Assembly: GCA_031266175.1 (NCBI GenBank)
Contig: JAISBN010000139.1
Location: forward strand, 762-64,761
Reading direction: 5' to 3'
From: Treponema sp.
GTDB lineage: Bacteria > Spirochaetota > Spirochaetia > Treponematales > Breznakiellaceae
Length of the DNA: 64,000 nt
The position numbers were made by a program, and so were the translations under genes. The notes beneath the pieces were generated by a model. It did not search any database. It was not told where the DNA came from and worked only from the letters and a program-made list of their open reading frames with translations. Of this stretch, positions 1-9,158 are shown piece after piece (the first letter of the stretch is position 1; the number at the start of each line of letters is the position of its first letter).

Positions 1-287
1 TAAGTTGCATAATCTACTGGATAAACCTTCAAAATTTCATCCCTATCTTCATCTACTATGAAACAGTATGTTTTATCAATTCGATCATCACTAGTGTGAT
101 CCCACCACACTTTACAGTAAAATGCCATGATTTCGGTATGCCCGGAACCTGTAAAATTATGCTTTTCCTGGAATAAAAGTTTTAAACTTTTATCATAATT
201 TTCTATCCCGGTGGTAATACGACCCTGGCTGTATATGCCATTATTTATCGCCATTATAATACCAATTAATATTACGTACTTTTTCAT
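1..287 (-). CDS. Partial CDS (first 95 codons, runs off the window edge): small hypothetical secreted protein
   Basis: Own minus-strand reading. ATG at 287-285 with AAGGAG 6 nt upstream. N-terminus MKKYVILIGIIMAINNGIYSQ looks like a signal peptide. No stop down to position 1. AT-rich relative to neighbours. Absent from the ORF track because it is truncated. Confidence 0.45.
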   Translation of the reverse strand, partial: MKKYVILIGIIMAINNGIYSQGRITTGIENYDKSLKLLFQEKHNFTGSGHTEIMAFYCKVWWDHTSDDRIDKTYCFIVDEDRDEILKVYPVDYAT

Positions 288-380
288 AGACAACTCCTTT
301 GTGATTATTCAATTGTTTTTACAGATAGGTATCTCTCCGTTAATTAGTTGGCACTTCGAAACCTCTTCTATTTGTCACCC

Positions 381-1742
381 TCAGTTCCTGAAGCTGTGAA
401 TCGGCGGGGGAATACGGCCTCCCCGGGCGATAAAGACGTCGCTCCCGGCGGGGTTCACCGGCATGACGGGGGCGCGTCCCAAAAGGCCGCCGAACTCCGC
501 CCAGTCCCCGGCTTTTTTCCCCGGTACGGGGATTACCCGGACCGCGGTGGTTTTGCCGTTTACCATGCCGATGGCCATTTCGTCGGCGATGATCGCCGAA
601 ATGGAAGCGGCGCTGATATCCCCCGGCAGGGCGATCATATCCAGGCCCACGGAACAGACGCTGGTCATGGCCTCCAGCTTGTCCAGGGTAATGTACCCGT
701 TTTGGACCGCCGCGGCCATGCCTTCATCCTCCGACACGGGGATGAAGGCCCCGGAAAAGCCCCCTACCCTGGCGCCGGCCATGACGCCCCCCTTTTTTAC
801 CAGGTCCGTGAGCAGGGCCAGCGCCGCGGTGGTACCGTGGGTTCCCGCGGCTTCCAGGCCCATTTCTTCCAGGATCCGGGCCACCGAATCCCCCACTTCG
901 GGAGTGGGAGCCAGGGAAAGATCGAGGATCCCGAAGGGAACCCCCAGCCGTTTTGCCGCTTCCATCCCCACCAGCTGTCCCATCCGGGTTATCTTAAACG
1001 CGGTCTTCTTGATGATCTCCGCCAGTTCGTCAAAGTCCGCATCCTTCCGGGATTCCAGCGCCGCCTTGATCACTCCGGGACCGGAAACCCCCACGTTCAG
1101 GCAGCTTTCCCCCTCGCCGGGACCGTGGAACGCGCCGGCCATAAAGGGATTGTCCTCCGGGGCGTTGCAGAATACCACCAGCTTCGCGCAGCCCAGGCCG
1201 TCTTTGTCCGCGGTTTTTTCCGCGGTTTCCCGGATCACTTCCCCCATACGGCGTACCGCGTCCATGTTGATGCCGCTTTTTGTTGAGGCCACATTCACCG
1301 AAGCGCAGACCCGTTCGGTGGAGGCCAAGGCTTCGGGAATGGAATCGACCAGCCTGGTATCCCCGGATGAAAAGCCCTTTTGTACCAGGGCGGAAAAGCC
1401 CCCCACAAAATCAATGCCCAGCTCTTTGGCGACGCCGTCCAAAACCCGGGCGTAGGGCGTATAATCCGTATCCTCCGAGGCGGCCGCCACCAGGGCGATG
1501 GGGGTTACCGAAACCCGCTTGTTGATGATGGGGATTCCGTACTCCACTTCGATGTCCCTGCCGACCCGGACCAAAGGCCCCGCGAGGCGCAGCAGCTTTT
1601 CCCGGATCCGGCGGCGGGTTTCGTTTCCCTTGGCGGCGGCGCAGTCCAGAAGGGAAACCCCCAGGGTAATCGCCCGGATATCCAGTTTATAGCGGAGGAA
1701 CATATCCACCGTTTCTTGTATTTCATGGGCGGTAAACAGCAT
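381..1742 (-). CDS. UPF0210 (DUF711) family protein
   Basis: 453-aa ORF. N-terminus [28 protein letters not shown] is typical of UPF0210. It has the usual pairing with an upstream small ACT-domain gene. AAGGA SD upstream. Confidence 0.85.
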   Translation of the reverse strand: MLFTAHEIQETVDMFLRYKLDIRAITLGVSLLDCAAAKGNETRRRIREKLLRLAGPLVRVGRDIEVEYGIPIINKRVSVTPIALVAAASEDTDYTPYARVLDGVAKELGIDFVGGFSALVQKGFSSGDTRLVDSIPEALASTERVCASVNVASTKSGINMDAVRRMGEVIRETAEKTADKDGLGCAKLVVFCNAPEDNPFMAGAFHGPGEGESCLNVGVSGPGVIKAALESRKDADFDELAEIIKKTAFKITRMGQLVGMEAAKRLGVPFGILDLSLAPTPEVGDSVARILEEMGLEAAGTHGTTAALALLTDLVKKGGVMAGARVGGFSGAFIPVSEDEGMAAAVQNGYITLDKLEAMTSVCSVGLDMIALPGDISAASISAIIADEMAIGMVNGKTTAVRVIPVPGKKAGDWAEFGGLLGRAPVMPVNPAGSDVFIARGGRIPPPIHSFRN

Positions 1743-1762
1743 ATATCATCCTTAAATCAGAG

Positions 1763-1797
1763 AAAAAATCGATGGGGAAAACGCGGCTTTTCTCCCC
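1763..1797 (-). terminator. Intrinsic-terminator-like hairpin plus U-run between the ACT gene and the UPF0210 gene
   Basis: Minus-strand RNA GGGGAGAAAA-GCCGCG-UUUUCCCC followed by AUCGAUUUUUU. It ends about 20 nt before the UPF0210 ATG. Confidence 0.5.
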
Positions 1798-1800
1798 GTA

Positions 1801-1859
1801 TATAACGGCGCATGCCGTTACCACGATACCATGCATATAACGGCGTATGCCGTTATATG
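1801..1859. repeat. Two copies of a TATAACGGC(G)-N-GCCGTTA(TA) palindromic hairpin
   Basis: Copy 1: 1803-1820, 7-bp stem, GCAT loop. Copy 2: 1834-1859, 11-bp perfect stem, 4-nt loop, overlapping the ACT gene stop codon. Confidence 0.7.
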
Positions 1860-2122
1860 CGATGCATCGCGGAAAACACCTGTTCGTGCATCAGGCTGAT
1901 GGAAACTCCCATGGTTTTTCCCAGTTCGGAAAGTTCCGTTTTAACTTCGTCCAGGGCCCGGCTTGAGGCGGACAAATTGACCATCATCATCATAACAAAA
2001 TTTCCCGACAGGATCGTCTGGCTTATATCCTCGATGTTGATGTTCCGTTCCGCCAGAAAAGCGCTGACCTTGGCAATGATACCGACCTTGTCGGATCCTA
2101 CCACGGTGACAATCGCGTTCAT
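1853..2122 (-). CDS. ACT-domain protein (UPF0237 family)
   Basis: 89 aa. MNAIVTVVGSDKVGIIAKVSAFLAERNINIEDISQT is a typical ACT fold start. Adjacent to the UPF0210 gene. Confidence 0.85.
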   Translation of the reverse strand: MNAIVTVVGSDKVGIIAKVSAFLAERNINIEDISQTILSGNFVMMMMVNLSASSRALDEVKTELSELGKTMGVSISLMHEQVFSAMHRI

Positions 2123-2128
2123 GCGTAC

Positions 2129-3232
2129 CTACCCCCCGTTTTTGTCGAATTTATATTCCGTCAGGAACAGATCCAGCACGGTAAGAAAAAGGATCACCAC
2201 CATGGGGCCCAGGATAATACCGTTAAATCCAAAGGTACTAATTCCACCCAAAATAGCAAAGAAAATAATCAGGGGATGAAGCTGAATCCGGTCCCGCAGG
2301 AAAAAGGGACGCAGCAGGTTGTCCAGGGTGGAAATAACGATTCCCGACGCGGCCATAAAAATAATGCCGCCCCCCAAATCCCCGTTCAGGATCCGCAGCA
2401 GCCCCAGGGGAAACCAGACGATACCCGCGCCGAAGATGGGAATAAAAGCGCAGAAGAAGGTAAGGACCGTAAAGACCAGGGCGCCGGAAACGCGGAAAAT
2501 CGAAAAAATAATAAAGGCCAGAGCCGCCTGGGCCAGGGCCACCATGATATACCCCAGCACCAGGTTCCGGGTAATGTCCTTGAATTTACCCACCAGCGCC
2601 TTGATGTACTCCTGCCGGATGGGGATGCCCCGAAGGACCAATTTGGAAAGATACGCGCCGTCCATGAAAAAGAAAAACAGGCTGAACATCATAAAGATCA
2701 TGCCCGCAAAAAAGGAACCCACGTTCCGGGCCAGGTTGCTGGACAGCTGTAGCAGCCTCTGGAGTTCGGCGCTCAGGTACGACATGATCCGGGAACGCAG
2801 CGCGTCGGCGCTGAGGGTTACCTGGTTCGAGGTAAGCTCGCTGATGATCCGGGAAATTTCGTCCAGGGTGGTATCCCCGCTCAGGGAATGGGTTGAAAGA
2901 TAGCCCCGGAGGCGGTGGATCAAATCGGTAACCTGGTGAAAAAGCTGGAAAGCCACAAACGAAAGGGGCAGCAAAATCAGGATGGTTACTCCCAGGGAAA
3001 AAACCCCGGCCCAGATATTGCAGAGTACTTTCCCCTTTAGCCTGGTCCTGTCCAGACGGCCGGTAAGCTTTTGGTGAAGGGGCCCCAGCAGGATATAAAA
3101 CAAAATAGACCACAGGAGGGATGTAAAAAACGGAGCAAAAAGCCGGCATACCAAAAGAAAGAACAATACCAGGATGACGACAAAGACAAGATTCTGGATA
3201 CGGCGGGATCCCCAGGACTGGTTTTCTTTCAT
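2129..3232 (-). CDS. AI-2E family transporter (PerM/UPF0118-like permease)
   Basis: 367 aa, multiple hydrophobic helices. Overall layout and C-terminal region are typical of the AI-2E family. Confidence 0.75.
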   Translation of the reverse strand: MKENQSWGSRRIQNLVFVVILVLFFLLVCRLFAPFFTSLLWSILFYILLGPLHQKLTGRLDRTRLKGKVLCNIWAGVFSLGVTILILLPLSFVAFQLFHQVTDLIHRLRGYLSTHSLSGDTTLDEISRIISELTSNQVTLSADALRSRIMSYLSAELQRLLQLSSNLARNVGSFFAGMIFMMFSLFFFFMDGAYLSKLVLRGIPIRQEYIKALVGKFKDITRNLVLGYIMVALAQAALAFIIFSIFRVSGALVFTVLTFFCAFIPIFGAGIVWFPLGLLRILNGDLGGGIIFMAASGIVISTLDNLLRPFFLRDRIQLHPLIIFFAILGGISTFGFNGIILGPMVVILFLTVLDLFLTEYKFDKNGG

Positions 3233-5238
3233 AGGCCCGCGAGGATCTTTTCCGCCTCCGCCTTTCCGCTGTAGGAAGGACTTTTTTCCAGCAGCGCCGC
3301 CAGATACCGGCGGGCGGATTCGGCATCGCCCATTCCGGCGCAGGTCTTGCCCAGCTCAAAGAGGGCGTCATAGTTGTTCGGCGCCAGGCGGATCACTTCC
3401 AGATACGCTTCCCTGGCTCCGGGCAGGTCCCGCTCTCCCACGTGGGCCCTGGCCAGGTTCATCCGGACGGTACTGTTTCCCGGCTGGGATGCCAGGGCCG
3501 CTTCGTAGCGTTCAACCGCCTGGGGCCAGTTTTCCATCCGGGCATAGACGCCGCCCAGATTGTTGTTGACCTCGAAAGAAGCGGGTTCCGCCCGGTACGC
3601 TTCCATCAGGTAAACGAGGGCCGCGTCGGGAAAACCGTTGTCCAGATAGAGGAGCCCCAGGTTGATCCGGGGGCGGACGTACCGGGGATTTTTGGCCGCC
3701 GAAGCCTTGTAGGCGGCAATGGCCCCGTCCAGGTCCCCCGCTTTTTCACAGGCAAGGCCCAGGGTATAGGCATAACGCTCGTTGGCGGGAGCTCCGGCGG
3801 AAGCCTTCCTGGCATACTCCACCGCTTCTTTGTATTTCCGCAGGGCGATCTTTACCAGCGCCATATTGTCGTTGGTCTGGGCATCCGAAGAATCCGCGGC
3901 CAGGGCCTGGGCAAAGGAAGCTTCCGCCGCCTGGTTCTGTCCCAGCTGGCTCTGGGCATAGCCCAGAGCCCGCAGGGAAGCAAGATCCCGGGGATTGTAC
4001 TTGAGGGCCTGTCCGTAATTTTCCACCGCCCGGCTGTAATCTTCCCGGACGGAATAAATGCGGCCAATCTCCCGCCAGGCCGGGGCATAGTCGCTTTTCA
4101 GAGCCACCGCTTTCTGGTACGCGTTCAGGGCGTCGCCGGGCCTGCGGAGGGCGGAGTAGGTTCCCCCCAGATTATACCAGGCGGGCTCGAACCGGGAATT
4201 CAGCTTAACGGCGTTTTCAAAGGCGGTCCGGGCTTCGGCAAACTGGCCGGTTCTGAACTGGCTCCGGCCCAGTTCATAGGCATAGAGGTAGTTGTCAGGA
4301 TCCAGCCGCAAAGCTTCCTTAAAAGCCGTAACAGCCCCGGGCCAGCTGCCCTGGTCCCGGCTAAGGCGTCCCAGGGTATACTGGGGCAGCGCCAGGGAAG
4401 GATCTTTGGCGATTGATTCCCGGGCGGCCTGGAGGGCCCGCCGGGCCGCGTCGCTTCCCAAGGGGGTAGCGCCGTTCCGGGAAGAGCCTTCGTACCATGC
4501 GTCGGAAATATCCGCCAGCTTCCGTCCTTCAAAACGGGTTTCCCCGCCGGGCACTTTGGACAGCGCCTCCTTAAAGGCTTCTTCCGCGCCGCGGAAATCG
4601 TTCCGGGCCACGGCGCTTTTTCCCTTCTCTACCAGTTCGTTCACTTCCTTCATCCGGGCCTGGCGATCGGCGGAAGCGCGGGCCAGTTCTTCCGCCTCCG
4701 CCCGCTTCCGCGCTTCCACGGCTTCCGACGCGGCCCTGGCCTCCGCTCCCGCCGAGGCTTTCGCCGCCGCGTCCTTCGCGGCCGCGTCTTCCGCGGAAGC
4801 CGCCGCGGAAACATCCGCCCCGCTTCCGCCGGAAGGGCCGCCCGCCGCCGATCCCGGCAGGACTCCCGCAAGGATCCGCTCTATGTCGGCCAGGGTCAGG
4901 GCGTTCCCCCGGGACCGGAATTCCTCCAGAAGCCGGGCTATATCTTCCGCGGTCAGCGGACTCCCGTCGTCCCGTCGCATTTCCGCCAGGCGCTTTCCCT
5001 CGATGGCTTCATCCCGGAGGGCCCTGGCTTCCCCGTCACCGGGATCATCTATCAAAAGCTGATCCAGCAGATCCATGGCCCGCTGGTACTCACCCTGATC
5101 AATATATTCCCTGGCAAGGCGCAGGGTATTGTTCCGGCGGGTCAGATCGCCGTTCCCCCGGAGCAGAAAAAAAACTACCGCGCCGGCAAGAACCGCCGTC
5201 AAAATGCCGCCCATGATTATCAGTTTCTTTTTATCCAT
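3229..5238 (-). CDS. Membrane-anchored TPR-repeat protein
   Basis: 669 aa. N-terminal TM helix (LIIMGGILTAVLAGAVVFFLL), an Ala/Glu-rich low-complexity linker, then many TPR-like repeats (A..Y..AL.L.P....A..NLG). Confidence 0.8.
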   Translation of the reverse strand: MDKKKLIIMGGILTAVLAGAVVFFLLRGNGDLTRRNNTLRLAREYIDQGEYQRAMDLLDQLLIDDPGDGEARALRDEAIEGKRLAEMRRDDGSPLTAEDIARLLEEFRSRGNALTLADIERILAGVLPGSAAGGPSGGSGADVSAAASAEDAAAKDAAAKASAGAEARAASEAVEARKRAEAEELARASADRQARMKEVNELVEKGKSAVARNDFRGAEEAFKEALSKVPGGETRFEGRKLADISDAWYEGSSRNGATPLGSDAARRALQAARESIAKDPSLALPQYTLGRLSRDQGSWPGAVTAFKEALRLDPDNYLYAYELGRSQFRTGQFAEARTAFENAVKLNSRFEPAWYNLGGTYSALRRPGDALNAYQKAVALKSDYAPAWREIGRIYSVREDYSRAVENYGQALKYNPRDLASLRALGYAQSQLGQNQAAEASFAQALAADSSDAQTNDNMALVKIALRKYKEAVEYARKASAGAPANERYAYTLGLACEKAGDLDGAIAAYKASAAKNPRYVRPRINLGLLYLDNGFPDAALVYLMEAYRAEPASFEVNNNLGGVYARMENWPQAVERYEAALASQPGNSTVRMNLARAHVGERDLPGAREAYLEVIRLAPNNYDALFELGKTCAGMGDAESARRYLAALLEKSPSYSGKAEAEKILAGL

Positions 5239-5298
5239 ATGGTCCTCCTTATATCCCGCCTACAGCCAGGCTGTTCCAGCCAGGCTGCTTCAGCCCGG

Positions 5299-6030
5299 TT
5301 ATTCCAGTTCAAATTCACCGTCGTACCCGGACAGATCCTCCGCCCCGGCGGAAATGCCTTCCGTATCATCGGCCTGGGCCTGGAGGGACGCGGATACTTC
5401 CTCCATAAGCCGCTGCCGCCGTTCCGCCTCCGCCCGGGCCGCTTCTTCCGCCATAAGCCGGCGGATCTCCTCCGCGGCGAATTCTTCCCGAATCAGGCCG
5501 GTCAATTTTTCTATCTGGGGCCGCTGGGGGGAATCCGGTTTCAGGCTCAGGTAACGCTCATAATCGGGGAGGGCGTCTTTAAGGGCCCCGGTCTTCACCC
5601 TGGCATTGGCCCGGTTCAGGTAGGCCGGCGCATAGGAGGGATCGCTTCTGACGGCCTGGGTATAGAACTGTTCGGCAAAACCGGCGCTGCCCTTCCTGAA
5701 GTATACGTTCCCCAGGTTGCAGGCGATCAGGGCCGACTTGTCCCCTCCCGCGGGGAGGATCTTCCGGTAGACCGTCACGGCCTCGTCCAGTTTTCCCAGC
5801 TGTTCGTAGCATACCGCCAGATACAGGGCCGTTTCCACATGGGTCTGGTCCGCCACAAAGGCCTTTTCCAGGAACGGCAGGGCTTCTTCAGGCTTGTTCC
5901 GGACAAAAAACTCTTCCCCCCGGACAAAATCAGGGTTCCGCCCCGGAACAGGGGCGGATTCCTGGGAAGCAAGCGAAAGCGGAAGCATCAGCCAGACCGG
6001 CCATAGGATCAGCAGTATTTTGATTTTCAA
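5299..6030 (-). CDS. Secreted TPR-repeat protein
   Basis: 243 aa. Signal-like N-terminus MKIKILLILWPVWLMLPLSLASQ, TPR motifs, acidic/coiled C-terminus. Confidence 0.75.
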   Translation of the reverse strand: MKIKILLILWPVWLMLPLSLASQESAPVPGRNPDFVRGEEFFVRNKPEEALPFLEKAFVADQTHVETALYLAVCYEQLGKLDEAVTVYRKILPAGGDKSALIACNLGNVYFRKGSAGFAEQFYTQAVRSDPSYAPAYLNRANARVKTGALKDALPDYERYLSLKPDSPQRPQIEKLTGLIREEFAAEEIRRLMAEEAARAEAERRQRLMEEVSASLQAQADDTEGISAGAEDLSGYDGEFELE

Positions 6031-6061
6031 AGTCCCTCCCGGATAAGTACCGTCTCCCGGT

Positions 6062-6090
6062 TTGACAGGATCGGCAAAAACCGTTATAAC
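6062..6090 (+). promoter_or_regulatory. Sigma70-like promoter TTGACA-N17-TATAAC
   Basis: -35 at 6062-6067 and -10 at 6085-6090, about 100 nt upstream of the 6189 ATG. Confidence 0.45.
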
Positions 6091-6188
6091 CCTAAGTATA
6101 TGTTGCGCCTTTTTTAAAATCTATCGTAACAGGCGGTTTTGAAAAAGCCCCGGTTTTTCTACAAATAACATAAAGCAGCGGAAAAAGC

Positions 6189-7574
6189 ATGGGTCTTGCA
6201 GTTACAACCATTTTCCTCGCCGTGGGCATAGGGTTCCTTGTCTTCTTTATCGTCAAATCCATAGCCTTACCTAAGCGCGCCGATCAAATCCTTGAATTCC
6301 TTAAAAAGGGGAAAACCCAGATCGTTATCAAGGCCGCCAAAGCCATTTTAGCGGGGGATCCAAAAAACGCCGACGCCCGGTACTTCCTGGCCAAGGCATA
6401 TCTGGCGGAAAAAAAAGAGGATCTGGCCTACGGCGAGTTAAAAACCCTAAGCCTTTCCGGCGCGGCGGGGGAATTTACCCCGGAAGAGGACTTCCGAAAG
6501 GAACTGGCCCAGCTTTTTGTCAAGAACAAGCAGATTGAAGAAGCCCTTAAGGAATATATCCTTCTTATCAAACTGAAACCGGAAAAGCCGGAGTATTACT
6601 ACTGGGCGGGAAAGCTTTTTACCGAACGGAACCGTCCCGACATGGCCCAAAATTACCTTCGGAAAGCCGCGGAGCTTTCCCCCAGGGATCCAAAAATTCA
6701 TTTTGAGCTGGGGGTGATGCTCTACAAAAGTAAAAATACCATGGAGGCAAAGGACGCGCTGGAACGTTCCCTGAAGTTCCAGGCCGATAACGCCCAGGCC
6801 TACTACTACCTGGGAAAGATCCAGAAAGACGCCAGGGATTATAACGGTGCCGCCGCCACCCTGGAAAAGGCCGCCCGGGATCCCCTGTACCGCCTGCGGG
6901 CCCTGCTGGAACGGGGAAGCTGCTACATGGCCCTGAACGCGGCGGACAAGGCCATTCCCGACCTGGAACGGGCGGTGAAGGCCATTACCGAAGAAAAGGC
7001 CCCGGAGAGCCTCTACGCCCGGTACTTTCTGGCCATGTGTTACGAAAAAAACCGCGGCATGGAAAAAGCCATTGAACAGTGGGACAAGATCCACAGCGTT
7101 AAGGCAAATTTCAAGGATGTGGAAGCCAAGCTGGCGCAGTACCAGGATCTGCGGAACGACGACGCGGTAAAGGATTTTTTAAGTTCGGGAAACCGGGAAT
7201 TTATGGAAATCTGTAAAACCATGGTCAGCCTTTCCCTGGCCCTGACGGTTAAATTCTCCAAAACCATCCCCGACGGGGCGGAACTGGTGGTTATTGAAAA
7301 CGAGTCCGCCAAATGGAAAAACGCCCGCAAACAACCCCGGCTGATACGGATCTACCGTTCCCCCGACATGGTGGACGACGCCAAAATCCGTTCCATCCTG
7401 GACGACGCAAAAAAACAGAACATGGCCCGGGCCATGGTGATAACCAGTTCCGGTTTTACCGGAAGCGCCCTGGACTACGCGGAATCCCGGCCGGTGGAAC
7501 TGTACAACAAGACGAAGCTGCAGGAGCTGCTTAAGCAGAGTTCCGGACAAAACCCCCGGACCGGAGGCCCGTGA
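6189..7574 (+). CDS. Membrane-anchored TPR protein with C-terminal Mrr_cat-like (restriction-endonuclease-fold) domain
   Basis: 461 aa. N-terminal TM helix, central TPR repeats. C-terminal ~120 aa (..PDGAELVVIENE..PRLIRIYRS..V....I..L.D..K..NMARAMVITSSGFTGSALDYAESRPVELYNKTKLQELL) follows the Mrr_cat pattern. Confidence 0.65.
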   Translation: MGLAVTTIFLAVGIGFLVFFIVKSIALPKRADQILEFLKKGKTQIVIKAAKAILAGDPKNADARYFLAKAYLAEKKEDLAYGELKTLSLSGAAGEFTPEEDFRKELAQLFVKNKQIEEALKEYILLIKLKPEKPEYYYWAGKLFTERNRPDMAQNYLRKAAELSPRDPKIHFELGVMLYKSKNTMEAKDALERSLKFQADNAQAYYYLGKIQKDARDYNGAAATLEKAARDPLYRLRALLERGSCYMALNAADKAIPDLERAVKAITEEKAPESLYARYFLAMCYEKNRGMEKAIEQWDKIHSVKANFKDVEAKLAQYQDLRNDDAVKDFLSSGNREFMEICKTMVSLSLALTVKFSKTIPDGAELVVIENESAKWKNARKQPRLIRIYRSPDMVDDAKIRSILDDAKKQNMARAMVITSSGFTGSALDYAESRPVELYNKTKLQELLKQSSGQNPRTGGP

Positions 7575-8206
7575 AAATCCTCTGCATCGCGGATCAGATT
7601 GATCCGCTGGTGTATTCTTCTTCCATTAGGGAGCGGTACCGGGATGTGGAACTGGTTCTTTCTGCGGGGGATCTGCCCCCGGACTATCTGGATTTTGTCG
7701 TCTCCAGCCTGAACTGCCCCCTGCTCTTTGTCTTTGGCAACCACCATCTGGAAACCCTGGAGGCCTACCGGGACCTGACAAAAAACGGAGGGCTTATCCA
7801 CGCGGGTTCCGCCGTATGCCGGGAAGGGGACCTGATTATCGCGGGTCTGGGAGGCTCCATGATGTACAATAACGGCGCCAACCAGTATACGGAACTGCAA
7901 ATGGTCCTGGAAATCTGCCGGCTTATCCCCCGGCTTATCTTTAACCGGATCTTCCGGGGCCGGGCGCTGGACGTACTTCTGACCCACGCGGCTCCCCAGG
8001 GCATCCACGATAAAAGCGATCCCTGTCACCGGGGTTTTAAATGCTTCCTCTGGTTTATGACCCTCTTCAAGCCCCGGTACCTGGTCCACGGCCATATACA
8101 CATCTACGATCTTTCCGATGTACGGACCACCAGATATAAAGAAACAACGGTCATCAACGCCTTTGGCCGTTATCTTCTCAACACGGAGGATACGGAGCAA
8201 AACTGA
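7571..8206 (+). CDS. Calcineurin-like metallophosphoesterase
   Basis: 211 aa. Motifs SAGD, FGNHH, LLTHAAP and VHGHIH. GTG start overlaps the upstream stop by 4 nt. Confidence 0.8.
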   Translation: MKILCIADQIDPLVYSSSIRERYRDVELVLSAGDLPPDYLDFVVSSLNCPLLFVFGNHHLETLEAYRDLTKNGGLIHAGSAVCREGDLIIAGLGGSMMYNNGANQYTELQMVLEICRLIPRLIFNRIFRGRALDVLLTHAAPQGIHDKSDPCHRGFKCFLWFMTLFKPRYLVHGHIHIYDLSDVRTTRYKETTVINAFGRYLLNTEDTEQN

Positions 8207-8240
8207 CTGCGGTGATCTATGGTGTAAGAGAGGAGTTTTT

Positions 8241-9152
8241 ATGGACATTAAGCGCCAGGCGGCGGAAGATTTTTCCAAAGCCAGAACCAAAGAAATATTT
8301 TCCCGGATCATGCACTTTATGAATACCGGCCGGGACAAGCTGCTTTCCCTGAACGATGTACGGCAGATCTTAAAACCCAAAACGGAAAGCTACCGGGGCA
8401 TGGACGCGGTGCCGGTTAAGCTTATCGTGGGCAGCGAGGGCCGGTACCGGGACTTTAACAAGTACTTTCTGCCCCGGTCGGAACACCTCCGGTCCCGGTG
8501 GGAACGGGTAGACCAGGCCCGGCTTACCGACATAACCCTGCCCCCCATCCAGCTCTACGAAGTGGGGGGAGCGTACTTTGTCCGCGACGGAAATCACCGG
8601 GTTTCGGTGGCCCGTTCCCAGGGCGTTGAAATGGTAGACGCCGAGGTAACAAGCCTTTCCACGGAAATACAGATCAGTCCCCGCATGACCATTGATGAAC
8701 TAAAAACGGCCCTCGTCGGGTATGAAAAAAACCTGTTCTACGAAAAAACCCGGTTTATGGAACTGACGGGCTGCGGGGATCTGGATTTTACCGTACCGGG
8801 CCGCTACGACGTGATCTATAACCATATCCTAGTCCACAAGTACTACATTAATCAGTCCAGGACCGGGGAACTTTCCTTTGACGAAGCCCTGGTATCCTGG
8901 TACCAGAACGTGTATACCCCCATTATCAGCATCATCACCGGAGAAAAACTCTGCTCCCTCTTTTCCCAAAGGACCCCCGGCGATCTCTACGTCTGGATAG
9001 TCAGGCACTGGGACGAGCTTAAAAAAAAATACGGACTCCACTATACCCTGTCCGACGCAATCCATGATTTTAGCAACCGTTACGGTAACGGCCGGGTCTC
9101 TTTCCTTGCCTTGATAAAGTCCTTTATTACCGGTATCTTTACCAGGAGGTAA
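8241..9152 (+). CDS. ParB/Srx-fold N-terminal domain protein (DGNHR motif) with DUF4032-like C-terminal region
   Basis: Start moved to the ATG at 8241, with AGAGGAG SD at 8228-8234. LPPIQLYEVGGAYFVRDGNHRVSVARSQGVEMVDAEV matches the ParB-like nuclease-domain pattern. Confidence 0.6.
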   Translation: MDIKRQAAEDFSKARTKEIFSRIMHFMNTGRDKLLSLNDVRQILKPKTESYRGMDAVPVKLIVGSEGRYRDFNKYFLPRSEHLRSRWERVDQARLTDITLPPIQLYEVGGAYFVRDGNHRVSVARSQGVEMVDAEVTSLSTEIQISPRMTIDELKTALVGYEKNLFYEKTRFMELTGCGDLDFTVPGRYDVIYNHILVHKYYINQSRTGELSFDEALVSWYQNVYTPIISIITGEKLCSLFSQRTPGDLYVWIVRHWDELKKKYGLHYTLSDAIHDFSNRYGNGRVSFLALIKSFITGIFTRR

Positions 9153-9158
9153 AGCCAG

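Noticed and set aside
348-1455. Long + strand ORFs (312 and 330 aa) overlapping the UPF0210 gene
   Set aside because: They are antisense to a well-recognised gene. Their products are Arg/Pro/Gly/Ala-rich low complexity, as expected from GC-rich antisense frames, and they have no SD.
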